A stretch of 63,236 nucleotides of DNA, the filler included, from Dimargaris cristalligena (lineage: Eukaryota), in NCBI GenBank assembly GCA_003614675.1. It is 14 parts of 14 records of this genome, joined end to end, with 100 filler letters (N's around TTAATTAATTAA, not from the genome) between each part and the next. Parts side by side here need not be neighbours in the genome. Positions count along the whole stretch, not along the records: positions 1 to 4,470 come from ML003774.1; positions 4,571 to 8,921 come from ML003775.1; positions 9,022 to 13,474 come from ML003776.1; positions 13,575 to 18,016 come from ML003777.1; 10 more parts are not named here. One strand, given 5' to 3'. Position numbers and translations under genes: made by a program. Position 1 is the stretch's first letter, and each line of letters begins with the position of its first letter. Positions 1-13,575 of this stretch are shown here, one piece after another. The notes under the pieces are model-generated. The model had not been told where the DNA came from. It saw only the letters and a list, made by a program, of their open reading frames with translations, and ran no database searches.

Positions 1-342
1 GTTGTTGTGATTAATAACGAGATCAAGCTGATTGATTTTTCGGAGAGTATGGGTATTACAGGATGGTGTCCGCCTAGACCCAAGCCCCTCGATGATGTGT
101 ATGCGTTTGGAGGGTTGGTGTTTGAACTGTATACGGGGACTGATCCACATGAATCGCGCGCTAAGAACATGCAATATCTGTATCAAATTCCCTCCAACAA
201 GATAGACGAACTGTATCAAGAGTGTACCGGTCAAGCAAATGTAACTAAAATTCTCTCCATTCTAAAGAACCTTGATGTGGCCAGGGGTATTACCAGACGT
301 ACAAGTCCTTCGAGTGCGCTAACGCGCCCGATAAACCACTAA
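1..342 (+). CDS. Protein kinase-like domain, C-terminal half (5'-truncated by window start)
   Basis: Frame open from base 1: VVVINNEIKLIDF (subdomain VII-like), GITGWCPP (VIII-like), DDVYAFGGLVFELYTGTDP (IX). No intron seen. Confidence 0.8.
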   Translation, partial: VVVINNEIKLIDFSESMGITGWCPPRPKPLDDVYAFGGLVFELYTGTDPHESRAKNMQYLYQIPSNKIDELYQECTGQANVTKILSILKNLDVARGITRRTSPSSALTRPINH

Positions 343-910
343 TTTAGTCACTATCAACTCATATTGATATAACCATGATCTTCCGGGTTTCTCACCGTCT
401 CTTTCCCCGGCATCGGTACGATCTGCGAGACGGTCTAAGGCATATCTATTCTTAAAGAGTCAATAAAATAGTCGGTTAAAATAGTAAATCAGATAGAAAC
501 TGTAAGTAATGGCATGGGTTAACAATTACCCAATGGGTATTTCAATCGGGTGTATTGCAGATCTAACCTCCTTAGTCACTGAAATGTCGTGACCACCAAC
601 ACTAAATGGTCTTGCGGATCTTGGAAGGAATGGGTTTGGGACTGACCAACCATTCCCTCTTGTACCTCGATTATAATTTCCATCATCACCCAGCTGGAAA
701 TTTGACTTTTGTTTTGTAATATAAATAATGCTGTTGCAAGTGTAGCGTCGAGACCCGGTGGACTGGTTAGGTCGGGAATAACGTCATGGGGGGGAGGGAA
801 GCCGGGAAACTTGGCGGGAGGTTCAAACCACTATCAGGGACCTCATTATTGGCAGATTGTAGTGCGGCCAACAGTGGGGTTGTAGAAGCGCTTTGCGGTG
901 AGAAGGACGT

Positions 911-1564
911 TGTGGTTTTTTACAAATTTATTTACTAAAAAAAATAGAGCGATATAAAATTTAATGGACTAGGTAAAATATAAGAGAATTGAAAATAATG
1001 TGAGAGGAAAATTGGGTAATTTGGGGTTTTATAAGAAAATAAGAGAGAGAGAGATATAATTAGGAACGACTGGCTGGAGTATAACTTGCTTCGTTACACT
1101 TTTCTTGGACTTCGCTTCTTCCCCTTCCTCAGTTCGGCGGAACTGTGGGGTTTTATAGGTGAAGGAAAAAATTAGGGAGTGGTAGGATGCTGAGTTAGGT
1201 TGGAACTCTGCTATGGCTAACTGTACTCGGTAGAACAATGTTGAATAGAATCGATAGATGCAACAAATATTGATATTTGATAAAAGACAAGTAAAATGAT
1301 AGAATACTTCAATTGATAAGTAAAAATAGGCACTTGAACTTTGAAATAATAATCACATGGTTGATATTTTTGTCATTTTCTGGTAAAGAAATGAATAGGA
1401 CTGATAAAATATAGGATATTATTTGATGAATAATTGGTTTTACAGGACGAATTGATAGAGTATGATTAAAGGAGCTGTGCTTTACGTTGATAAATGGGTT
1501 CTAATCAGTAAAGGAATCAGGTAATTAAATATACTTCCAGTTACCTGCACTCTGCAGCGCCACA
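911..1564. mobile_element. Dispersed repeat, probable LTR (family 4)
   Basis: 1268-1564 is closely similar to 36257-36556 on another contig. Both copies end in ...CCACA, and a TGTGG at 911 would give TGTGG...CCACA ends. Left boundary is uncertain and there is no clean TSD. Confidence 0.55.
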
Positions 1565-4170
1565 CAAGTGGGGTGAAGGGTGTGATGTAAATAGAAGTGC
1601 TTGACAAGGTACGTAGCGACAGCAATACTGAGGAGATCGCCTATGTGATTATGAACTTTAAAACCTATCAAGGGAGGGAGGAACAACCTACTAATTATTT
1701 GAATTCCTTGGATCAACAGAACACTCGATTGGGGCTCGTTTGCAACGCCCCCCTTCTCGGGCAGTTAAGTGCTAGCCACATATCGTCTGATACCAGCCAC
1801 CGACTACCAGGTCCCCCACCAACCCCAAATGTAAATTTCTCAAAGGGATGAAAAGGACCCCCGGTAGCCGGTTAAGATGAAAGTTGGTCAGCCATTTTTT
1901 CCTCCCGAACCTAAACAGTTAATGCACAGACACGATGCTGTTGGGGTGGGGAATGGGGGTGAAGACCGGGGGGGGGGCATACAAGGAGGGGTCGGTAGTC
2001 GATCAGTCGCTCCTCCCTCCTTCCATCCTCTGTGGACAACTTCCACAAGGCCCTAGAGCGAATGTGACGGCTGGCCTACGTTTTTTTAATCATCGGGAGG
2101 TGAGCTCCGATTACTACATCATGATTGCCCAGAGGGCTGTTGGGCATTTGCATCCTAGAAACGGTCTGTTGGAGGCAAGGGTATCAAGGCTGAGACTCAA
2201 CCATCAAGACCAGAGTTGAGTGTCCCTCTCATAACCGGGGTTAGAATTATTGTAGACATCATAATTGGAGCATAAGTGAGGTTCATTAATTTCATAATAT
2301 CGGACATATTTTTTTAATAACCCATCTTTTGTTATCTATAATTTAACAGTTCAGGGGTAGTTAGCCGCCTAATAAGCCATGACCCATATGTTTTCCTCCT
2401 ATCCAGTCGATTTACTAAAGAGGCATTGCTCTCAATTTCCAATAGTGTGATTGCCTTACTCGATCCTACTTGAGTAGGGTGCTTGTCTTTTACAGACTTG
2501 AGCCAACATAATGTAATTTAAAACCTAGAAGAGTCCGCATCCACAACCCCGAAGGGGTAAATAGAAAAAGGCTGATATGCTCCTAGTCCAGGACAGCTCG
2601 GATTACTAGTGCGGTGGGGTCTATATCGATGTTTCCGGGGCAGTGATATGCTGGTTCCGGTGATTCGCTTATTTAATACCAGACACGAGTATTGATTTAA
2701 GTATACGCCTACCCCTGCGGTAACATTATAGGGTAATATTACGGATCATTATCCCGCTAAATAACTGGTCATTGAGAAACGACCTTACAGGATTTATATT
2801 TTAAAAAAGCTGAATTTGTATGTACTTAGGCAAATCCAATTGTATAAAATGTTCGATTTCTAGTGTTGTGATATAGGTATTGCACACAATGACAATCAGT
2901 ATACCATATATTACAATGGCATGGACACATGCAGGAGGCACATTTTATGATCATATAATCATGCAGTTGTTTAAGAGATCTGTTAAAGAATATGTTCCTA
3001 CATGTTCTTTATCCTATCCTATTTCACCTAATTATATTAGTTTATTCTGCTATTATGAGATTATTTATGTTAACCACTTATATTTCACCCCATCAAAATT
3101 ACAGTTCAATAAAACTAACCACCTAGAGGCACCTACTGTCCTCTAGCTGCTTTATTCCCTTATTTCCAGTTTTATTTTCTTTACATCCTTTGTATTCCAA
3201 TAGGCTTAGCATGCATAGCTGTAAAGCTGAATACATGCCTCCACTAAATGTTCATAATTAATACCCATTGATATTCCAGCAATCTAGCAATTTTGAGCAA
3301 TATCAGTGGCTGGCCTATTCAGCTATAGATGTCCTATTTATCCCACACAAAATAACATATATTTAAGTTTCTGGTTTGGTAGCCCCTTTATCACTTGGTG
3401 AATATTGACATGCTGGGCAAAAGATGCTGGCTTAGTTAGAATTACCGGAACATATAGATCAGTACTCTATTAAAATCTATTACAACTATGTCATCCAATA
3501 TAGTTACTGTCTGAGTAGTTGGCAGTTTGCCTACATTGAAACAGTATCTCCACTTTGAATATGTGACCAGCAGAGGAAAGAAAAAAACTCAAAACTCCAG
3601 GGGCCATATTATCTACTATAAAATGTCAGAATGGGTATTGGGGTTAGGACTGGTAGATTTCTCCAAAGCAGCTGTTTTGGGGAAGGGGGGGGGGGCTTTA
3701 ATCATCCATTTTTTATAAAATTGGCTAAGTTGGCCCTAATGCAGTTAACACCCTGATTATTTGAAAATAGGGCTAACAGTTGTATATCTACTCTGGATAC
3801 TGTTTTGGCCCTGCAAATAGGTGGGGTTTAAAAATAGACTTGGCAACTTGAGGCAAGGCTTATTTCTAGAAGGGAGGCAAGTGTGGGTTCAGAGTAAGGG
3901 ACCACAATAGCCCTGCCAATAAAAAATATGCCTCTGTTCCCCAGTCTGCCTAATTGGAAACCATAGGTAAGGGAGAATTTGCCTCAATTACTCTGAGTAA
4001 CCCTGCTGCCCTCTCTGATATCTCAATGGAATCTTCTGCTATTAGTAGGTTATAGTGGGGGATACATATAGCAAAGTAAGAAAAATGAGGTAGTAGAGCA
4101 CCTATTAGGGATACCCTTCATGGTCAACACCAAGGCAGGAAGGAGCCAAGCTAATAAAGTTTGAGGGGGG

Positions 4171-4470
4171 TGTGGTGAACTTACACATTTTCTACCTACT
4201 TTCATTTTTAATCCATTTTTCACACTTATCAGAAGTACACCCCTGATGAGTGAATGAACCCCTGCCCCTGACAAGTATAGTCATTTTTTCTCTATTTTAA
4301 TTATTATATTGTTTTTCCTATTATTATATTTTATCCCCTTGACTGTGATGTACCCCTGCCCCTGACCGGATGATACCCCTATATTTACACTGCCCCTGGC
4401 CCGACTGCGCCCTTGTTCAAAGAATAGCTAATAATAGCTTTCTCCCTTTCTTTTTTTCCCTTCTATTGTT
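4171..4470 (+). mobile_element. LTR family 2 copy, truncated by contig end
   Basis: Starts TGTGGTGAACTTAC after a GAGGGGGG purine tract. Reverse-complement similar to 9060-9351 and 20795-21102. Confidence 0.8.
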
Positions 4471-4570
4471 NNNNNNNNNNNNNNNNNNNNNNNNNNNNNN
4501 NNNNNNNNNNNNNNTTAATTAATTAANNNNNNNNNNNNNNNNNNNNNNNNNNNNNNNNNNNNNNNNNNNN
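4471..4570. other. Artificial contig-joining spacer (44 N + TTAATTAATTAA + 44 N), first of 13
   Basis: Identical 100-nt spacers at 4471, 8922, 13475, 18017, 22558, 27092, 31626, 36155, 40683, 45201, 49718, 54229 and 58736. The 12-mer has stops in all six frames. Confidence 0.99.
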
Positions 4571-4848
4571 CCCGTAGGCCTGTGTAAGTAGAGGTTCGTG
4601 GAGGGGCGAACATATATGGTGAACGACGACGTTGGATCCCAAAATGCTCTCCAGTTGCTATACGAATGATGATGGTTCCAGAGTATAAATAAACCGGAGA
4701 GTACACTAGGTTAAATCAATGGGGAGGAGATATCGGCCGGGTGGGCTTATCGAAGTGATATCCTTTTTTCGGTGCAAATGGTCTACATGTTCTATGGATA
4801 TCCAACGATATGTACAGGGCTCAATGAATCGTTCCTGGGTATACTTAC

Positions 4849-6640
4849 CTGATCCTGTAGCTTTAACTGCAGTGCTGCGATTGAATCACTGGTCACTTCA
4901 ATGCCTTCATCTAATTCGGCTTCAATACGGGATTGGGCATGTATGGTCTCTCGTAAGGCTCGTAGCTCGTTCTATCATTTATCAAGAGTATCGATGGATA
5001 GTTAGTTATACGAGGGAGAGTGTGGGTCAAACAGCTGGGTTAGTTGGGGGTTTTAGACCAGAAGCTACAATAAAATCACTGTGGACTATTAGTGCTCCAA
5101 CTATGCAGTTGATTGGACGCTGAGAGGATAAGACCAACTTACTCCCGATTTTTCGAGCTGGTTCTTAATTTTGTTCATTTCGGAGTTAAGATCCTCACAC
5201 TGCAGTTCGAAGCCAGATCTGCGGGTAAGTATATGGTAATGATGGAAATATTACAGTATTCCATAGTTAGATGGGTGATTGTGACAGTGATTGTGATTGT
5301 GTGGGCAGACTGGTTATACTCATACATCACGTTAAGGCCAAGGGTCGGTATAGTACAATTCATCCAGATATCCACATGGCTTGTCCCATTCATAGCAGGG
5401 CTATAGCTCGATCAAGGGGGGTGTGGAACACTTACCGCTGTACAAAAGTACCAAGGAAGCTTTGGTCGAATCCGTGGGCCCGGTCCTCCATACTATACTC
5501 CACATCGGACCGGATCCGGGCGTGCGTTTGGTTTTGGGTTTTCTCAATGGCCTCGAGTATGCCGTGGAGCCGGCTATGGATTAAATGGGTCGCCTCGGTT
5601 AGGCTATGGAAGCGGTGTTCGTCGCAAGTGCCCAGGTCAGATCCGAGTACACTATCATGCTGGTACGGCCGGCCGTCGGGCACCACTGCATCATCGTTTG
5701 GGATATTGCTGGGGGAAGTCCGTTTGGAAGGGAGCCCCGAGGGGCCCAGGGAAGGAAACTGGGCCAGTAAGTGGTTCAAGCCCGCCTGGTCCACCGGAAC
5801 GGGCGGGGCATTCCGAATCGCCATGGGGGTGGTGGTTTCTCCGCTGGGCGGCAGAAGGGGCTGTGGAAGCATCGGAGAGAGCCGTACTTTATCACGGCAG
5901 GCCGGGATCACCATTTCGGGCGGTACCGAAAGGCGCCGGGGACTACTGCCGAGGATAGGGCTGTATTCGTTAGGAAAGCCTGTCGGTGACTCGGAACGTG
6001 GGGTACTGCACCGCAGGAATGGATCGTGATCTTCGGACTCGGGATCGAGCGGGTGGGTTTCAAACACCGAGAACAGGGTTTCGATATGATCGGGACCGAA
6101 TAGCCGGCTGCTGTCCGGTGGTCCGTCATCCCCCAGAGGGCGGAGTTGGCGGATGGGTTCGATGGCCGACATATCCATTAAGCCCAGGGCCTCGGCTGGA
6201 GGGTCAAGGGGGTCTAGTACGGAGCCTCCAGCCCGCGGGCGGTTGGGGTGCGGGGTGACAAAAGACATAAGGTTGAACGACTGGTTGGCGTAGTCCACCA
6301 GTTCGCGACCGGGGCTGGGTCGCACGGGGGTAATGAGCCCCAAGGTTCCTACCCCCGCCCGGGGAGTGCGGGGTCCCCGTAACTTACTGGGGGTGGTTGT
6401 CGGGGCTGTAAGCCGGAGTGGAGCGGGCGGGGTCAGCGGTCCCGGATCCAGCGGCGGACCCTGGACGGAAGGAATTCTGCTAAGGGCCCGTAACATACTT
6501 TTGGGAGTGCCTCTGGGCAACGCCAAATACGCGGAGGATTTGCGCAGGAGCGGGGTGGGAGGGGCATTCTCATCTTCAACGGGACTCAACGGTTGGCAAG
6601 TGACCCGCTGATTCGAGAGTTTAAGTTTTGGAGTCTGCAT
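4849..6640 (-). CDS. Multi-exon hypothetical protein: Pro/Ser-rich disordered N-terminus plus C-terminal coiled coil
   Basis: ATG at 6640 (MQTPK). Exons 6640-5436, 5218-5143 and 4971-4849 join in phase via GTAAG...AG introns, giving ...QRSGFELQCEDLNSEMNKIKNQLEKSG/NELRALRETIHAQSRIEAELDEGIEVTSDSIAALQLKLQDQ. Last exon unresolved. Confidence 0.7.
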
Positions 6641-7634
6641 GCTAGTAGCAGCACGTTGGAAACGAGGGTTCGGGACTTGGATATGCACAATGCATATAAG
6701 TGTGGCGAAAGAAGGAGAGAATAAAAAAACAGTCGGATTGACCTGGCGAATGGGAAGTAGCTGCTCTGGCTGGAGCCTCATCAGCGGAGTGCCAATTAAC
6801 GATAGACACTTGGGGCCCTCGACTTGGAATTTTTTCAGGGGCCCTGAGGTAGCACTAAAAGGGGGTGCTTTCTATTCTAGGTGGTCAGCGGAAAACCCTT
6901 TCTTACTAGCACTTCCAAGGGTTCGTGTCCCTGAACAGTACGGCATTCAATAGACCGTCGTACTAAGGATATCGGTCCACTGGGTTCACTGTGCTTAACA
7001 TGAGCAGGTCCTTTTTTCCTTCTCCCACCCTTGGCATACGGAGCATGGCGCTTGCCACGGACGGCTCCACTCTATACTGGCGTAAGATACAGCCTAAGAG
7101 CGAGAGCTGAACCGTACTTTCGGGAGCCGTAGCTGGCCTCCAAAAGCAAGTCACAGGATCCATCTCGATAGCAGATCCCCCGCTAATGGGTCACCAAAGA
7201 AACGACGAGCCTTGTCCACACGGCCGCCTTCGCCGGGGACCAATCACCGCAGTGGTTAGTGATTTAGTGCGAATAATGGCCATTGAATGAGGCAGCTACT
7301 GTTGATGTTACACTACTTTATGACTCCACATAGTCGGCAAGCCAAAGCCATCGTTAGTGATAAAATTACCTGGTGGCTCACTGTTCCCGACTATAGTCAC
7401 TCGTCTCGGTGTTGGAAAGGAGCGGTTGTTGTTCCCTTGACACTTAACTCCAACCTCCTCCGAAAAAAAATCAATACCTACCTTCTTTCGCCTACTATCT
7501 CCCGTTTTTCCGGATGATTGATCTGCTTCTACATTGCCGTCCGTCTGCCTACGCTACTATTATTCTTCGCTTTACTATAAACCCCCCCGCATTCAACTAC
7601 CTGCCCGTTCCCGCTGCAGTGTGACTATTTCGCC

Positions 7635-8287
7635 ATGGCCACTACTACCGCCCTGACCTCGAAGTGGTCCGCCAAAAACGTGCGTGCCGAGTTCATCGCC
7701 TTTTTCCAGGACCAGCATGACCACACCTTCTTCCCGTCATCCTCCACCGTCCCGCTGGATGATCCCACGCTACTGTTCAGCAATGCCGGTATGAACCAGT
7801 ATAAGCCCGTCTTCCAAGGTACCGTGGACCCCGCCTCCGACATGGCCAAGCTCAAGCGTGCCGTCAACAGCCAAAAGTGTATCCGTGCGGGGGGTAAGCA
7901 CAATGACCTGGACGACGTTGGTAAAGACGTCTACCACCACACCTTCTTTGAAATGCTGGGTAACTGGTCCTTTGGCGATTACTTCAAGGCCGAGGCCATT
8001 GCCATGGCCTGGGAACTGCTGACCAAGCGGTTTGGCCTGCCCGCTGACCGTCTGTACGTCACCTACTTCGGTGGGGACGCTAAGCAGGGTTTGGAGGCCG
8101 ATCTCGAGGCCCGTGATCTCTGGTTGGCCCAGGGCTTGGATCCCTCCCGTCTGCTCCCCTTCGGTTGCAAGGAGAATTTCTGGGAAATGGGTGAACAGGG
8201 CCCTTGCGGTCCGTGCAGTGAAATCCACTTTGACCGTATCGGTGGACGCGATGCCTCTAGCCTGGTCAACTTGGACGACCCCGACGT

Positions 8288-8321
<34 letters not shown>

Positions 8322-8921
8322 AACCGGGAGGCCGACGGCTCCCTACAGAACCTACCGAACCAGCACATCGATACCGGTTTGGGTCTAGAGCGTCTCGTGT
8401 CGGTGCTCCAGGACAAGCGGTCCAACTACGATACCGATTTATTCACCCCCCTGTTCGCCATCATCCAGCAGCGCACCGGCGCCCGCCCTTACAAGGGCCT
8501 AGTCGGCGCCGACGATACCGACGGCATTGACTTGGCCTACCGGGTTATCGCCGATCATATCCGTACCCTCACGTTTGCCATCAGCGACGGTGGGGTGCCT
8601 TCCAATGAGGGCCGCGGCTACGTGCTGCGCCGCATTCTGCGGCGTGGGGCCCGCTATGCCCGCAAGAAGTTTAACGTCCAGCTGGGCAGCTTCTTCTCCA
8701 GTCTGGTGGACACCGTGGTCGAGAATATGGGCGATTTCTTCCCAGAGATCACCCGCAAGGCGGACCAAGTCAAGGAAATCTTAAACGACGAGGAACTCTC
8801 CTTCAACAAGACCCTGGATCGGGGTGAACGTCTCTTCCTGTCGTCCATTGCCAAGGCCCAGGAAACCGGCAATACCCGCGTCTCCGGTACCGACGTGTGG
8901 CGCCTGTACGACACCTACGGT
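7635..8921 (+). CDS. ALA1: Alanyl-tRNA synthetase, N-terminal part (3'-truncated)
   Basis: [79 protein letters not shown] motifs. Confidence 0.98.
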
Positions 8922-9021
8922 NNNNNNNNNNNNNNNNNNNNNNNNNNNNNNNNNNNNNNNNNNNNTTAATTAATTAANNNNNNNNNNNNNNNNNNNNNNN
9001 NNNNNNNNNNNNNNNNNNNNN

Positions 9022-9351
9022 TTTATACTCGAAAGAGGAAGCCTAAATGAAAAGATAGATAGATAATAGAGAAAGGGAGAAAGCTATTGTTAGCTATTCT
9101 TTGAACAGGGGTACAGTTGGGCTAGGGGCAGTGTGAATGCAGAGGTATCATCCAGTCAGGGGCAGGGGTGCATCACAGTCAAGGGTATAAAATATAATAA
9201 TAGGAAAAACTATATAATAATGAAAATGAAGGAAAAATAACTATACTCATTAGGGACAGGGGCTCATTTACTCATCAGGGGCATACTTCTGATAAGTGCG
9301 AAAAATGGAATAAAAATAAAAGTAAGTAAAAAATGTGGTAAGTTCACCACA
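9022..9351 (-). mobile_element. LTR family 2 copy, truncated by contig start
   Basis: Ends AAAATGTGGTAAGTTCACCACA. Colinear with 20850-21102. Confidence 0.8.
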
Positions 9352-9402
9352 CAATTCCAGCAATGGGCCACCCTATCCTATATTAGGAAGGAAGTAGCAC
9401 TC

Positions 9403-9985
9403 TGTCACCTGGGTTAACCACTCTTAGTCCATTAAGAGTCCTGAGGATAGGCTTCTAATAATAGGTAGGGCTTAGACTTGGCCAAGCAGGCTACTAGCAT
9501 TAGGTACAGGGCACAGTACTAACCAATAAAGGCTTAGGTAATCTGCTATATAAGGGATATACAGTGGGTATACTTACAGGTCAGTACAAGGGGGTGAGCA
9601 TATACAAAGTTTATTAAGGTAAACTAGGGGGTAAGAATAAGCTAAGGAATCTAACTGTTCCCAGTGGGGGCCAGTTATATATACACAGGGGATGACTCTA
9701 AAGGGAGGTCCCTGAAGGAAGATACTACTAAGACTACTGATAGGATAAATGGCTAACTGGATAGGTGTAAGGATGTGGAAGACTCTGCTGGGAACTGGAA
9801 GAGTCATTAAATCAGTCCAGGAGTGATTTATGGGAACCCCAGAGTCTGGAAAGGGAATGTTTATATTATATAGGATAATCCCATAGTACCAGGGGTGACT
9901 ATGGGAAGGTTAATATGGTGCTATAAGGCCTAATATGGTCAGTTGATCATTATATCTGGATTAAACCAGATAAGAAGGGCCAACA
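9403..9985 (-). mobile_element. Solo LTR, family 1
   Basis: TGT...ACA ends with near-TSD CACTC/CACCC. Reverse-complement similar to 50722-51292. Confidence 0.85.
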
Positions 9986-10244
9986 CACCCCTGTGTAGAA
10001 TCCAAAGCCCACTCATATTATTCTAGACCCAATGATAACTAAGAAAAACTGCAGGATAGTTTAGATATGGATTAATTTTATTGAGGAGTACTGGTACCAA
10101 CTTCATAATATGGTGTCTTTACAAGAACATGGATGGTGGTATAAAGAAACAGTGAAGGCAGGGAGTGTTGGATAACAATCATAAATGGTACACTCGTCAA
10201 ATTGATATTGTATATAGTGTGGTAGAGCCTTAGTCCTTAGAGTA

Positions 10245-10466
10245 CTACTTGCTCTTACTACCTGCACCCGTATTATTACGGTTTTTACTGGAAAATCTGT
10301 TAGTAATACTTTTGACACCATTCGAGATGGACTCCTTAGCCTTTTGGAATGTGGATTTGGGGGCGGGTTCGGTCAGCTCGAGCCATGGTGCGGGAGCCGC
10401 AACCACCAATTGACCAGTGGTGGCAATAACGATGAGCAGAGTGGTCAATGCGAAGGAAAGCTTCAT
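10245..10466 (-). CDS. Small secreted basic protein (73 aa)
   Basis: MKLSFALTTLLIVIATTGQLVVA|APAP signal-peptide pattern, AAAAATG start context, (TA)n tract about 210 bp upstream. Confidence 0.75.
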   Translation of the reverse strand: MKLSFALTTLLIVIATTGQLVVAAPAPWLELTEPAPKSTFQKAKESISNGVKSITNRFSSKNRNNTGAGSKSK

Positions 10467-13400
10467 TTTTGAGTGGCGGTGAAGAGATGGGGTGGGATGA
10501 GTAAAATGAATGAAGAATCGGTCACAGTGGGATTGGTAAACTAAGAGGTAGTAGAATGAGGTTTATGGAGGTAAACGCGGAGGGGGGTGAGAATTCGATG
10601 ACTCAATGCGAAAATAAAATGGAATGGTGGTTGACAAAATGATGACGTGAAAGTAGGGCAGTCACCACAGGCATTATATATATATATATATAGATTTTAG
10701 AGATATCCGTCGTTTAATTCCAGTGGCCGTTATCAACTCAGCGTGTCTAAAATAAAGATAAAATCAATTTACATGGGCCACCCTTGCCATGTCCAACAGC
10801 AAGGGATGGGTAGCTTCACCTAATTCGACAGAGAACGGATCAGCTCTCCGACAAAATTGATGTGAGCGCCGCGATTTCGGCAATCCTACTATTGTTTAAG
10901 AATGCCGCCAATGAAAATAGATGATATGATTTAGATAGACTTGAAAGAAAGGGGACGCCGTAAATAAATGAAATAATAGTACGAGAGAAGAATATACAAC
11001 GAATGCCTTGATGTGCACATTTCATTACCCCCCCCCCCGATCATCACCAACGCCCCTCCCGAGACTGGAGATGTCTAAAGAGGAGGTTTCATACTCTCCC
11101 TTGCTTTCCATCGTGTTCTCGCTTGTCCGATCATTAGTTTGATTGGCAATATATAAATGATAGCTTTATATTAAATGTGGTCGGCGATCCGACAACAAAA
11201 TGTCGGAAATTCAGAATAAAGAAAAGTCGTGAAGATCGATGCTATATAATCGAAATGCTCCCTTGGTTATGAAATAGAGAAGATCCTGCGGGAAGGGTGA
11301 AGAACGGTTATTGATGGCTAGTAGAGGAATGATCCACCGGTGGTTCATGTTGTGCCCCCCTCCCCTTATCAGCATTTAATGCAATACCCATGTAGATACT
11401 GTCCCGCGGCTAAAAATTCCCCTTCACCCCTATGAACTGTGCATATGGAGGGAAATCGCCCCTTTATTCACTGGCATTGTCTGAACAACTCTTTATTGTC
11501 GGGTAAAATTAGCCTGTGGCGAGCTGAAAGAAGACTATCGTTGCAGTGGGCATACGAATGGTTTCGCCCGTATACCGCCGAACTATTGGCATTTCGATGC
11601 TTGCTGCAAAGCCGGCTATTCGATAACCCAGCAATGAGATTACAATATGCATACCTACCGCTTCCTAAGGCTATTTTACTAACTGTGGTCCGTATGGCAC
11701 TTTTACAATGGTGGCTCGCTCTCACAGTAGGCACACTGCTTCTGTACAACCCAACCAACTTTTCTTATTGGGGTTTAAAAGATGGGATGTAATGGTAAAG
11801 GGACAAGGGGTGTCGCCATTCCTTAACCCACCAGGACGTGGTTTTACCTGCCATCTTACATTCCCCCTGCCGATGCTATCAAAGTATCCGCTGTCCGTCT
11901 CAGTGGTGTATTATAAAAATTATTGTTTTCAGGTAGGACATTTGTTAGATTAATAGGTACACTGCTCAGCAACACTACCCTTGTAGTATATAAAACAGAA
12001 AAACAACCACTAGTTAAACTTGAAGTTATTTGGCCCGCTCTATGCCGTGAAGCTCACATATCGCTTGAATTAAGGGCTCTCACCTACACTTCAACTATTT
12101 TCTGACCCCTGGCAGCTCCAGTTCTCCTTTGAACGTGCGGAGTAGATACCAGCGGTTTTTTAAAAAAAATAAGAAAGACTGTATACCTTAGGGATTTGGA
12201 TGGTGCCCTGTACCGTTTTACCTTACTTACATTTTCATTTGACTGCTTCCCCATTTACGCAAGATAAGGAATAGAGGTGGGGCTATATTGGCAAGTCTTT
12301 GGGCATATTGGCCACCCATAGGTTAGTCTGGGTACTGGCTAATCTGCTCCAGGATACCAATCACATACTTGGCGAGGCATGACAGGACTGTGGACAACAC
12401 CCGGAGCCCAGTGGTCCCCTACAATAATCACCCCAACACTGCACTTGGCCAACGCCAACCCGCTGCCCGGCCTAACCATGTGAGTAGGATATTGTCCCCA
12501 AGTCTAACTGATATCCAGAAAGTTTTAGAGAGGGCTTGACGGTTGTTCTGAATGCCGTGGAATACCTGGGAGTACAAGAATATGTGCGCACCCGCTATAG
12601 TTAAAGTTGAATGCCCAGCCAAGGTAAGCTTAGATAAATGCTAAAAAATGACCACCTCGCAACCCATCGATTATTTAAGACTTAGGAAACCGAGCGACAC
12701 ACGCGGTGAGCCAGGAGCTTACAACTTTATCAACACCAAAACGCTGTATGGAATTGATATTGGGTACTGCTATGTAAAACACGAGATCTATAATGCTTGA
12801 GGAGGGCGAATTTGTAACTTAAAGATGCAAATGAATAGTTACGTGCTGTTGTATTCAGGCCAAGGTAAATAGTAACAGTCGGAGACCAAGGAATGGCCGA
12901 TGCCTAGTCATTCGGAGATGGGGTCAAACATATGCCCCCTGGGTTAAGTTGTGTTACCAGTCGTAATTATAATGGACTTTTGTTAATCCTGGGGTAAACA
13001 ATTAATAAGAATCATAACATTGTACTGTTTATAATATGTAGAGGTAGACCGAGGCTGTTTACCTAATTACACCTGGGTGTGATTAGTGAAAATAAGAGAA
13101 GTCCAACTCAGCTGTATAAGATTCGGAAAACAATAGGAATGGAAAATATGTATATAAATAATATTCGCGCATAAATCCAATTGCTTCAAGGAGAATTGAT
13201 TTTATACTACTGAATTGAATATTCCCCAAAAGTATTATGCTACTTTTTATAAAACTATAAAAGTTCATAATACAATCATTAAAATATCAATAAAAAAGTT
13301 GTAGTACCAACTATTCCCAAGCGGGAACCCACCTCAGTACTAAATTGGATAATATCTACTTAACTTCGCAGATTTAATGGGATAAGGTGGAAACAGGTAC

Positions 13401-13575
13401 ATATGGCCTTTTTTCGGCTTGTTGTGCAATAGCAGGAGAATAGTGAAAAGGAAAGTTTAAACAGTAATAAACGTNNNNNNNNNNNNNNNNNNNNNNNNNN
13501 NNNNNNNNNNNNNNNNNNTTAATTAATTAANNNNNNNNNNNNNNNNNNNNNNNNNNNNNNNNNNNNNNNNNNNNT

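Noticed and set aside
5175-5393. 72-aa beta-rich-looking ORF
   Set aside because: Lies mostly within the predicted intron 5435-5219 of the minus-strand gene.
7500-7634. Non-AUG mitochondrial extension of AlaRS as in yeast ALA1
   Set aside because: In-frame TAA at 7578-7580 leaves only 18 codons and no convincing splice donor is seen. Not supportable.
11439-13000. 117-aa ORF and scattered minus-strand splice-like signals
   Set aside because: Could not assemble a coherent gene model or recognise a family.
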